This document shows positions 39,468 through 48,026 of a stretch of DNA of 54,153 nt, one piece after another. Numbering within the stretch: position 1 is the stretch's first letter; each line of letters opens with the position of its first letter. The notes beneath the pieces were generated by a model that saw nothing but the letters and a program-made list of their open reading frames with translations, was not told where the DNA came from and ran no database searches. Source of the stretch: an uncultured Bacilli bacterium. GTDB taxonomy: Bacteria; Bacillota_I; Bacilli_A; RF39; UBA660. Made by a program: the position numbers and the translations under genes. The stretch lies in the NCBI GenBank assembly GCA_947626055.1, contig CANQQP010000003.1, positions 1 to 54,153 of the forward strand, in the 5' to 3' direction.

Positions 39468-40547
39468 ATGCATATTTATTTTCACTCCTTAATTAGTGCT
39501 TTTATTATTTTTCCTTTACTAGTCTTAATTGTAACAATTCCCTATATGATTTATGAATATCATAAATATGGAGCTATTACCAAAAAGCGCGTTTTAATTA
39601 TATTTTCTTTTATTTTTTATTTACTGTGTATTTATTTTTTAGTTATTCTGCCTTTACCAAAGATTAAAGATGTAGCTGCCTATCAAGGACGATGGTATAA
39701 CTTAAAATTGTTTGAATTTATAAGTGATTTAAGAAATGCTAAACAATTTATTTTAACTGACCCATCTACTTATATTTCTTTATTTACCTCCCATCGCATT
39801 TTTGAACCATTATTTAATGTATTACTAACTATCCCTTTTGGAATTTACTTAAGATATTATTTTAATAAAGGATGGTTTACTACTATTTTTTATACATTTT
39901 TATTATCGTTATTTTTAGAAATTACCCAACTTACTGGGCTTTATTATTTGTATCCTCGCCCCTATCGTATGTTTGACGTTAATGATTTAATAGCCAATAC
40001 ATTAGGAGGATTTTTAGGATTTGGTATTGCGCCCATCTTTGCCCATTTTCTACCAAGTACTTTAGAGTTAGAAGAAGAAGTTTTAAGACAAAGCAAAGAT
40101 GTTACTTTTTCTCGTCGTTTTATCGGTTACCTATTAGATTTAATTATTATTGCTCTTCCAGTGTTGCTTTTTAAAAAGTATTTAAACTATTTAATAATAT
40201 TTATAATAATCATTTGTTATTTTGCTTTATCTTTAATTTTATTTAAAGGTCAAACTATCGGTAAGAAAATTGTTCATATCAGATTAGAAAATACTAGTAT
40301 TTTTAAAAATATAGCTAGAAGTTTATGTCTAGAAGGCATACTTCTCCATATTTATTTACCTCTTATCTACTTTGGTCTTAATCCTCTTTATGCAATTTTA
40401 ATTGAAATTTGTTGTTATTTCTTTATATTATTTAATATAATCGGCGAAAAATGGACAAATCAAAATACACTTTTAATTGATAAAATCTTAAAAATTAAAG
40501 TATGTGACACAATAAAACACGAAGAAACTTATATTATAAAATTATAA
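39468..40547 (+). CDS. VanZ/RDD family membrane protein
   Basis: NVLL.IPFG.YLRY, FLEITQLTG, R.FDV.DLI.NT.G, RR..YL.D, GQT.GK. Confidence 0.88.
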   Translation: MHIYFHSLISAFIIFPLLVLIVTIPYMIYEYHKYGAITKKRVLIIFSFIFYLLCIYFLVILPLPKIKDVAAYQGRWYNLKLFEFISDLRNAKQFILTDPSTYISLFTSHRIFEPLFNVLLTIPFGIYLRYYFNKGWFTTIFYTFLLSLFLEITQLTGLYYLYPRPYRMFDVNDLIANTLGGFLGFGIAPIFAHFLPSTLELEEEVLRQSKDVTFSRRFIGYLLDLIIIALPVLLFKKYLNYLIIFIIIICYFALSLILFKGQTIGKKIVHIRLENTSIFKNIARSLCLEGILLHIYLPLIYFGLNPLYAILIEICCYFFILFNIIGEKWTNQNTLLIDKILKIKVCDTIKHEETYIIKL

Positions 40548-40611
40548 TACTGGCACTCTTTTATTCTTTTCACATAAATTATTAGTGAGAATACATGAAA
40601 GGGTGAATAAT

Positions 40612-41079
40612 ATGTGTAATAATAATTCGACATCTAATAATCAAGGAAACTGCATAGCTGATATATTAAATGTCATTTTAATTCTTCAACAAAATGCAAG
40701 TCCCGAAAATTGTTTAGATTCTTGTGATCGTCCTATGCTAGGTGGTGGCCCAAATTGTTTAATCTGCAATACAAGACCAGTTATGTTATATACTTGCTGC
40801 GGAAATGGAACACCATGGACAATGCCTGTTTGTAAAGATAGCTCAATAACATGTTCTAATCCTCAAGCTAGTGATAATGGTAATAATTGCTGCTCATGTG
40901 TATTTAGAGTTGAAAAAATCGATGGTAATTGTGCAACATTCAGAGTTTTAGCTGACAATCCAGAACCAAGCTGCTGCAATTCTATGCCATATGTAGCAAC
41001 AAATTCTTTCTTTACAATGAACTTAAGTTGCGTTTGCTGCATTAAATGCTTAAGTGATACTACAGTTGATTGCGTTTAA
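40612..41079 (+). CDS. CotY/CotZ family spore coat protein
   Basis: NCI.DIL..I..LQ, NTRP.MLY, FRVE.I...CATFRVL, Cys-rich; start at 40612 after GGGTG. Confidence 0.8.
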   Translation: MCNNNSTSNNQGNCIADILNVILILQQNASPENCLDSCDRPMLGGGPNCLICNTRPVMLYTCCGNGTPWTMPVCKDSSITCSNPQASDNGNNCCSCVFRVEKIDGNCATFRVLADNPEPSCCNSMPYVATNSFFTMNLSCVCCIKCLSDTTVDCV

Positions 41080-41179
41080 AAATAACCAAAATCAAGAGAG
41101 GCTTACTCTCTTTTTTATTTACATGAAAAAACGTCCAAATTGGCGAACGTTTCATTTCTATTTTAAATATAACTACAAG

Positions 41180-42607
41180 TTATTTATCTAAATATTCTTT
41201 TAATATTTGATTTGTTAATACAGGATTTGCCTTACCTTTAGTTTCTTTCATTACTTGACCAACAAAATACTTAAATAAATTATCATGACCGTTGCGATAA
41301 TCTTGCACTTGTTCTTGATTATTATCAACAATAGTTTCAATAATATTTTTAAGTTCTTCTTCATTAGATAATTGCGTATTTTCGTTAGTCATAAATTCTC
41401 GAGGCTCTTTATGATTCTCAATAGATTTTTTAAAAATTTCTTTAGCTTGTTTAGAAGATATAGTATTATCATCAATCTTCGAAATTATTTGTTTTAAAAA
41501 CTCAGGTGTTAAATAAAATTCACTTATTTTAATATCTTCTTTATTTAATTCTGTAATAATATTAACTATTATCCAATTGGCAGCTGATTTAGGATTAATA
41601 CCAATGGCAATACATTTATCAAAATAATCTGCTAATTCTTTTTCTTTAATCAGTAAATTAGCTTCTTTAGTAGTTAACTGATATTCTTGAGTATACTTTT
41701 TAAAACGATAGTAAGGTAATACCGGGATTTCTTTTTTTATTTCTTCTATATAAGCAGTAGAAATAGTCATTTTAGGAATATTGGCTTCGGCAAAATATTT
41801 ATAATCAATAGCGTCTACTTTACTACGCATACTTATCGTCTGATTTGTCTCTTCATCATAACGTCTAGTTTCTTGAACAATTTCGGCTTGTTTATTTTGC
41901 TTTATTAAATCCATTTGTCTTTTAATTTCACTATCAATAGCTTTGGCAACATTAGCAAATGAATTAATATTTTTCATTTCTACTTTAGTTCCCAATTTAT
42001 TAGTTTTCTCAGGAGCCAAAGAAACATTAACGTCACATCTAATTTGGCCTAATTTAGTATCAGCTAAGGAAATATCACAATATTTAAAAGTATTGCGTAA
42101 AGTTTCTAAATAACTTACAGCAGCCTCAGCCGAATGAATACATGGCTCTGTAACAATTTCGACTAAAGGAACACCAGAACGATTATAGTCTAATAAGGAA
42201 TAATCATCATAGTGATCTTGAGAGGCTGTATCTTCTTCTAAATGAATATCGTGAATAAATATTCTTTCTTCACAACCATTAACATCAATATCTAAATAAC
42301 CATTAATTCCCACCGGATTTTTCATTTGCGTTATTTGATAGCCTTTAGGTAAATCGGGATAGTAATAGTTTTTTCGATCAAATAGTAAAATATCGGGCGT
42401 TTGGCAATTTAAGGCTAGAGCCATTCTAAACGCTTTTCTTAAGGCTTCTTTATTTAAAACAGGCAAAGTTCCCGGAAAAGCCATATCCAAAGGTTTAACA
42501 TTAAGATTGGGAATTTCATTATATTCATTTCTAGCCGGCGAAAAAACTTTTGATTTAGTATTCATTTCACAATGTAACTCTAAACCAATGGTCGGAATAT
42601 ATTTCAT
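41180..42607 (-). CDS. gatB: Asp/Glu-tRNA amidotransferase subunit B
   Basis: IGLELH, FDRKNYYYPDLPKGYQITQ, RCDVNVS, FVGQVMK.TKGKANP. Confidence 0.96.
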   Translation of the reverse strand: MKYIPTIGLELHCEMNTKSKVFSPARNEYNEIPNLNVKPLDMAFPGTLPVLNKEALRKAFRMALALNCQTPDILLFDRKNYYYPDLPKGYQITQMKNPVGINGYLDIDVNGCEERIFIHDIHLEEDTASQDHYDDYSLLDYNRSGVPLVEIVTEPCIHSAEAAVSYLETLRNTFKYCDISLADTKLGQIRCDVNVSLAPEKTNKLGTKVEMKNINSFANVAKAIDSEIKRQMDLIKQNKQAEIVQETRRYDEETNQTISMRSKVDAIDYKYFAEANIPKMTISTAYIEEIKKEIPVLPYYRFKKYTQEYQLTTKEANLLIKEKELADYFDKCIAIGINPKSAANWIIVNIITELNKEDIKISEFYLTPEFLKQIISKIDDNTISSKQAKEIFKKSIENHKEPREFMTNENTQLSNEEELKNIIETIVDNNQEQVQDYRNGHDNLFKYFVGQVMKETKGKANPVLTNQILKEYLDK

Positions 42608-42621
42608 AATGATTATCCTTT

Positions 42622-42846
42622 CTATTTTAATTTGCGTTCCACATGAGAATTTAGTAACTCTAAAAACTTCTTTTGCGCTTGCAAGTATTTTTTAAGCCAC
42701 AAGGCATATTTTTCTTCTTCTTGCGGTTTAAAAATGTAAGTAAGAGAAACCCCTTGCTCTTGCCAAGTCTTGATAGTCATAAAACGACCGTTAGACTCAT
42801 AATTCATAATTTCATCAATTTGGGCTTGCAATTTATCTAAAACCAT
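42622..42846 (-). CDS. Hypothetical protein
   Basis: Translationally coupled small ORF with GGAG RBS. Confidence 0.55.
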   Translation of the reverse strand: MVLDKLQAQIDEIMNYESNGRFMTIKTWQEQGVSLTYIFKPQEEEKYALWLKKYLQAQKKFLELLNSHVERKLK

Positions 42847-43154
42847 TAAAAACTCCTTGACTGATAACTAATTTTAAGTTCAATATTTAAACTTTCTTCT
42901 TTGGGTTTATTTTGAATTTCGTTTAAGTAATATTGTTGATTAATTAAAGATTTTGCTGTAGCCAGTTCTCTTAAATAATCTTGTTTAAATTTTAAATAAC
43001 GTAAAGTATATTCAGGATTATATTTAATTAAACTTGGTGTTGTACCAGTGGCTAATTCTTCATAAAAAGCTTCTAAAAACAATTTGTTTTTTTCATAATG
43101 TTTTAAATATAATATACACTCTATTAAATTATTATAATAATTCATAAACTTCAC
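42846..43154 (-). CDS. Hypothetical protein
   Basis: Coupled small ORF in operon. Confidence 0.55.
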   Translation of the reverse strand: MKFMNYYNNLIECILYLKHYEKNKLFLEAFYEELATGTTPSLIKYNPEYTLRYLKFKQDYLRELATAKSLINQQYYLNEIQNKPKEESLNIELKISYQSRSF

Positions 43155-43155
43155 C

Positions 43156-43416
43156 CTACTTTGTTTTAGAATATATTAAAGCATTTATTTCATTTTCTAA
43201 AGAAGTTATATCAGATTTTGTTTTATAATATACTGGCTCAATTAAATGAATTTTGAGATGATATAGCTTATAAGCTATGAAAGAATCAAATTGATATCTT
43301 CTTTTTTTCTGATTTTGCAAATACCATAAATATAAATTAGATTTTTCTAGTTTAGCCAGTTTTATTTCTAATTTTCGTTGTTTTTGTTTTAGTTTTTCTA
43401 AATTTTGCTTATCCAT
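43156..43416 (-). CDS. Hypothetical protein
   Basis: AGGAGG RBS; coiled-coil-like. Confidence 0.6.
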   Translation of the reverse strand: MDKQNLEKLKQKQRKLEIKLAKLEKSNLYLWYLQNQKKRRYQFDSFIAYKLYHLKIHLIEPVYYKTKSDITSLENEINALIYSKTK

Positions 43417-43434
43417 AAAATCCTCCTGAATATA

Positions 43435-44808
43435 TTAAAAATCACAACTATTTGGGGTTCTTGGGAATGGAATAACATCACGAATATTATCTACACCGGT
43501 AAGATAAATAATTAATCTTTCAAAGCCCATTCCAAAACCGCTCGAAAGTCCCCCACCAAAACGTCTTAAATTCAAGTACCATTCTAAGCCTTTTTCCGGA
43601 ACACCTAATTCTTGCATTTTCTTTTGTAAAACATCTAGTCTTTCTTCTCTTTGCGAACCACCCATTAATTCTCCACTACCAGGAACTAATAAATCAACAG
43701 CAGCAACAGTTTTTTGATCATCATTAAGACGCATGTAAAAGGCTTTTATTTCTTTAGGCCAATCTTTAACAAAAACTGGGGCTTTAAAATATTCTTCGGT
43801 TAAATATTTTTCGTGTTCGGTAGCAATATCTTCCCCATCTTTAGGTTCAAATTCAAATTTTTGACCACTTTCTTTTAATATTTTAATAGCTTCGGCATGA
43901 GTAATGCGTACAGCTTTGGTATCTAAGACTTTTTTTAATCTTTCAATAATACCTGGCTCGACAAACTTATTAAATAATTCCATTTCTTCTGGACAATTTT
44001 GTAAAGTATATTTGATTAAATATTTTAATAAATCTTCTTCTATATCCATTAAACCCTCTAAATCACAAAAAGCAATTTCTGGTTCAATCATCCAAAATTC
44101 GGAAGCATGATTTTTCGTATGCGAAACCTCAGCTCGAAAAGTAGGACCAAAAGTATATACTTTTTTATAAGCTAAGGCATAAGCTTCCGCTTGTAACTGA
44201 CCCGTAACTGTAAGGCCAACTTTTTGCCCAAAGAAATCTTGTTTATAATCAATATTACCTTCTTCAGTTTTCGGAACGTTAGCTAAATCAAAAGTGGTAA
44301 CCTTAAACATTTCCCCGGCGCCTTCCCCATCATTAGCTGTTAAAATTGGCGAATGAACATAAACATAGCCTTTCTCTTGAAAATATTTATGGATTGCTCC
44401 GGCAACGGTACTACGTACTCTAAAGACCGCATTAAATAAATTAGTACGCGGGCGAAGATAAGATACTTCTCTTAAAAATTCCCGAGTATGTCTTTTCGGT
44501 TGAATTGGATTGTCTTCAGAAGATTTTACTAAAACTTCTAAAGAAGTGATTTTAATTTCAATATCTTGATTACCTTGGCTTTCGATAACGGTTCCCTGTA
44601 TTTTTATAGCACTTCCTACTAATAAATGGGAAATTTCTTCAAAGTTAGGTAAAGAATTATCATAAACTAATTGAATACTTTTAAAACAAGTACCATCACT
44701 AAAATCAATAAAGCCAAACTCTTTTTGACGACGATGATTTTTAATCCAGCCTTTTAAAGTAACTTCTTTATTTAAATAATTATCTTGAAATATATCTTTT
44801 AAGTCCAT
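43435..44808 (-). CDS. asnS: Asparagine--tRNA ligase
   Basis: LTVTGQL, YTFGPTFRAE, EFWMIEPE, GGSQREER, GFGMGFER. Confidence 0.96.
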   Translation of the reverse strand: MDLKDIFQDNYLNKEVTLKGWIKNHRRQKEFGFIDFSDGTCFKSIQLVYDNSLPNFEEISHLLVGSAIKIQGTVIESQGNQDIEIKITSLEVLVKSSEDNPIQPKRHTREFLREVSYLRPRTNLFNAVFRVRSTVAGAIHKYFQEKGYVYVHSPILTANDGEGAGEMFKVTTFDLANVPKTEEGNIDYKQDFFGQKVGLTVTGQLQAEAYALAYKKVYTFGPTFRAEVSHTKNHASEFWMIEPEIAFCDLEGLMDIEEDLLKYLIKYTLQNCPEEMELFNKFVEPGIIERLKKVLDTKAVRITHAEAIKILKESGQKFEFEPKDGEDIATEHEKYLTEEYFKAPVFVKDWPKEIKAFYMRLNDDQKTVAAVDLLVPGSGELMGGSQREERLDVLQKKMQELGVPEKGLEWYLNLRRFGGGLSSGFGMGFERLIIYLTGVDNIRDVIPFPRTPNSCDF

Positions 44809-44837
44809 AGTATTTTCTCCTTTATTTTAATTTGTTA

Positions 44838-46148
44838 TTATGGTTTTAATCTTGTTGGACCTCTATATATAAATGTAGCTTCTCTAATATTATCAATATT
44901 TAACATTTGCATTAAAACACGGGCAATTCCAATTGCAAAGCCGCCATGAGGTGGACAACCATATTTGAAAAATTCAATATAAAACTCTAAAGATTCAGGA
45001 TCAATGCCTTTCTCTTTTATTTGGTTAACTAAGATATCTACGCGATGTTCTCTTTGGGCACCGGTAGTTATTTCAACCCCACGATATAATAAATCATAAC
45101 TATTAGTTAAACCTTCTTCATCTAAATTGTGATAAAAAGGACGCGCAGCAAATGGATACTTAGTTACGAAAATAAAATCACTATTGTATTTTTTTTTGGC
45201 ATATTTACATAAAAGCATTTCTTCTTTACGTTCAAAGTCATCTGTTCTTTCCCCTTCAAAATGATATTCTTCTTTTAAGATCTTTTTAGCTTCCTTAAAA
45301 GTTATCCGTGGAAAAGCAACATCTAAATTAGAAAGTTCCGTTTTAAATTCTTTTTGAATTTGGTCACCATATTTTTCATAAACTTTCGAAAAAGCATATT
45401 TTAACCAGGCCTCTTCCATATCCATGACATCTGCAAAACTATCAATAAAAGAAATTTCAATATCAGCCATGTTTATTTCGGTCGCATGATAAGAAGTATG
45501 AGAATTTTCCGCTCTAAAAGCCGGACCAATTTCAAAAACTTTACCAAAGCCAGAAGCCATGGCCATTTGCTTATAAAATTGAGGAGATTGCGAAAGACAT
45601 GCTTGCTCGCCAAAATAATCTAATTTAAAAGTCTCGGCTCCACTTTCCGCAGCAGAAGCAGATATTTTTGGAGAATGAATTTCCATAAAACCGTTATTAA
45701 TACAGTATTCTCTTAAAGCATGTTCAAATGTTGTTTCGATTTTAAAAAGTAAATTATTATCTTCTCTTCTTAAATCTAAAAAACGATAATCTAATCTAGT
45801 TTCTCGCAAAGTTTTATCTTTATCTTTAATATTAATTGGCAATTCTTCTAAAGATTTACTAGTAACTTCAATTTCTTTGGGAATAATTTCTTTTCCCCCT
45901 AACTTAACAGAAGGACTATTTAAACATTTTCCGATGACTTTAATAGTACTTTCTAAAGTTAAGTCTTCTACTATTTTAACTAACTCATCATTATTTTCTT
46001 TTTCAATTGTTACTTGCACTTTGCCCGTTTCATCTTTAACAATCATAAAAATAACATATTGTAAATTGCGAATGTTTTCAACAAACCCTTGAATTAAAAC
46101 TTCTTGATCATAAAATTGCTCTAAATCTTTTATTTTAATAGTTTGCAT
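44838..46148 (-). CDS. aspS: Aspartate--tRNA ligase, short archaeal/eukaryotic type
   Basis: LSQSPQFYKQ, FRAENS, EITTGAQREH, PPHGG; 436 aa, no GAD insertion. Confidence 0.93.
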   Translation of the reverse strand: MQTIKIKDLEQFYDQEVLIQGFVENIRNLQYVIFMIVKDETGKVQVTIEKENNDELVKIVEDLTLESTIKVIGKCLNSPSVKLGGKEIIPKEIEVTSKSLEELPINIKDKDKTLRETRLDYRFLDLRREDNNLLFKIETTFEHALREYCINNGFMEIHSPKISASAAESGAETFKLDYFGEQACLSQSPQFYKQMAMASGFGKVFEIGPAFRAENSHTSYHATEINMADIEISFIDSFADVMDMEEAWLKYAFSKVYEKYGDQIQKEFKTELSNLDVAFPRITFKEAKKILKEEYHFEGERTDDFERKEEMLLCKYAKKKYNSDFIFVTKYPFAARPFYHNLDEEGLTNSYDLLYRGVEITTGAQREHRVDILVNQIKEKGIDPESLEFYIEFFKYGCPPHGGFAIGIARVLMQMLNIDNIREATFIYRGPTRLKP

Positions 46149-46167
46149 AAATATACCTCTTTTTCTA

Positions 46168-46953
46168 TTACATATTCATATCTAAATAATCAACTAAATC
46201 ATTTATTGGGATTTTTTGTTCTTCATTAGTCTTATTATCTTTGATATTAACAACAAAATTATTTATATCTTGATCATCTAAAATTATAACATATTTACTA
46301 TTAAATTCTAAAGACTTTTTCAGTTGCTTTTCAAAATCACTATCTAAATAATCGGTATCACAACTAAAGCTATTAATTCTTAAATCTTGGCTTAAATATA
46401 AAGCTGTCTCCTTCTCTTCCTCATTATGATAGCAAATAAATACATCTATAGAGTTGTCTAAAGGTAGTTTAATTTCTTCTTTGGTTAATATATCTAATAC
46501 CTGGTTTAAATCTAGTTCTCCCGAAATTTTATTATCTGTATATTTACCTATACTTAGTTTATTTTTATAGTTAGATATTTGGATATCCCAAAGTATTTCT
46601 TGATCACTCTCTTTAGAATCTAAGTTATAAGTTATATCAAGTAATTCTAAATATTCCGATAATTTTTCTAAGGAATATTGTCCCATTAAACTCTTATTGA
46701 TATTTAATTTTGTTTTTTTAAAACCTAATAATTGGAGGGTATTATAAACTAAGCTAATAACTTCGGCGATGATAAAAGCATTGTTACAATTCAAAACTGC
46801 AATATTAAAATTTTGAAAATCTGTATAATACACTTTTCTTGACTCTTTTATTTTGCCTAATTGCGCGGAATCTATTAAAAATTCATAATTATATTTTTCA
46901 CAAAGAGCCATTAAAATATTATTGATATATAATAATTTTCTATTTTCTAACAT
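46168..46953 (-). CDS. Degenerate HisRS-like protein (anticodon-binding domain retained)
   Basis: C-terminal DVFI..., LR.....CDTDY....F.KQLK.S......YVII matches the His/Gly/Thr/Pro anticodon domain; sits at the hisS position before aspS. Confidence 0.65.
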   Translation of the reverse strand: MLENRKLLYINNILMALCEKYNYEFLIDSAQLGKIKESRKVYYTDFQNFNIAVLNCNNAFIIAEVISLVYNTLQLLGFKKTKLNINKSLMGQYSLEKLSEYLELLDITYNLDSKESDQEILWDIQISNYKNKLSIGKYTDNKISGELDLNQVLDILTKEEIKLPLDNSIDVFICYHNEEEKETALYLSQDLRINSFSCDTDYLDSDFEKQLKKSLEFNSKYVIILDDQDINNFVVNIKDNKTNEEQKIPINDLVDYLDMNM

Positions 46954-46958
46954 TCAAA

Positions 46959-47432
46959 TCATCTCATTTCTTTATGGTAATATTCATTTATTTTAGCTTT
47001 TTTTAAGGATAAAGCTAACTTGCAACTGGTCATATTAGCGTGTAAAGCCCAATTTTTATACTTGCCTGTATCCGCAATATATTGACGGGCTTTTAATAAA
47101 TCGTCTATCTGATATTGCAAAGCAATAATTTCCGTTGTTAGTCTTTCTTTTTTTATTAAAAGGCTTATATATATTTGTAATTCTGAATCTACACACAGCA
47201 TTCTAAATAATTTGCTTATAACAGTTAGTGACAAAACGTAATCTTTTTTTTCTAATTGCTGGATCTTTACATAATCATAGCTATCAACAATTAAAGATTT
47301 TATCATTTGTAAAAAATCTTTATATTCCAACTTATGAGAAATTATTTGATATATATCTTGAGCCTTAAAACAGGTATAGCCTTTTTCATCTTTAAATTTC
47401 TTACTTTCTAAATAAAAAATTGTTTTTTCCAT
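46959..47432 (-). CDS. Hypothetical protein
   Basis: AGGAG RBS, 157-aa ORF. Confidence 0.6.
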   Translation of the reverse strand: MEKTIFYLESKKFKDEKGYTCFKAQDIYQIISHKLEYKDFLQMIKSLIVDSYDYVKIQQLEKKDYVLSLTVISKLFRMLCVDSELQIYISLLIKKERLTTEIIALQYQIDDLLKARQYIADTGKYKNWALHANMTSCKLALSLKKAKINEYYHKEMR

Positions 47433-47591
47433 ATTTGCTCCTATAACCAGCTTATTTACATTTTATTGCCTTATAATATATTTAATTTATTATTTTGTCA
47501 ATTAAAATATTGGCAACTTATTCAATTATTTAAGTTGACTGTTCAACTAAGTTTAATATTTGTAAAAAAATTAAAGATTGCTCTTTAACTT

Positions 47592-48026
47592 TTAGTTGTC
47601 TAATATTATCGTAACTGGTCCATCATTTAAAAGTTCCACCTGCATATCGGCACCAAATACTCCGCTATATGTAGGAACATATTCATTTAATTTAGCATTA
47701 AATTGTTCATATAAATGCTTAGCATCTTGAGGATTTAGCGCGTCGATAAAAGAGGGTCGATTACCCTTTTTAGTATTGGCATATAATGTAAACTGAGATA
47801 TCGATAAAATACTTCCTTTTATATCTAAAATACTTTTATTCATTAAATTATTCTCATCCGCAAACACTCGGAGATTAATAATCTTTTTAACATATGTCTC
47901 CACTTGATCTATAGTATCATTATGGGTAAAACCGACCAGTAATAAATAACCTTGTTCAATTTGATTGATTAATTTATTATCAACTTTTACCGTGGCTTTT
48001 TTTACTCTTTGAATAACGACTTTCAT
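47592..48026 (-). CDS. dtd: D-aminoacyl-tRNA deacylase
   Basis: VIQRV, SQFTL, KGNRPSF, NDGPVT. Confidence 0.96.
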   Translation of the reverse strand: MKVVIQRVKKATVKVDNKLINQIEQGYLLLVGFTHNDTIDQVETYVKKIINLRVFADENNLMNKSILDIKGSILSISQFTLYANTKKGNRPSFIDALNPQDAKHLYEQFNAKLNEYVPTYSGVFGADMQVELLNDGPVTIILDN

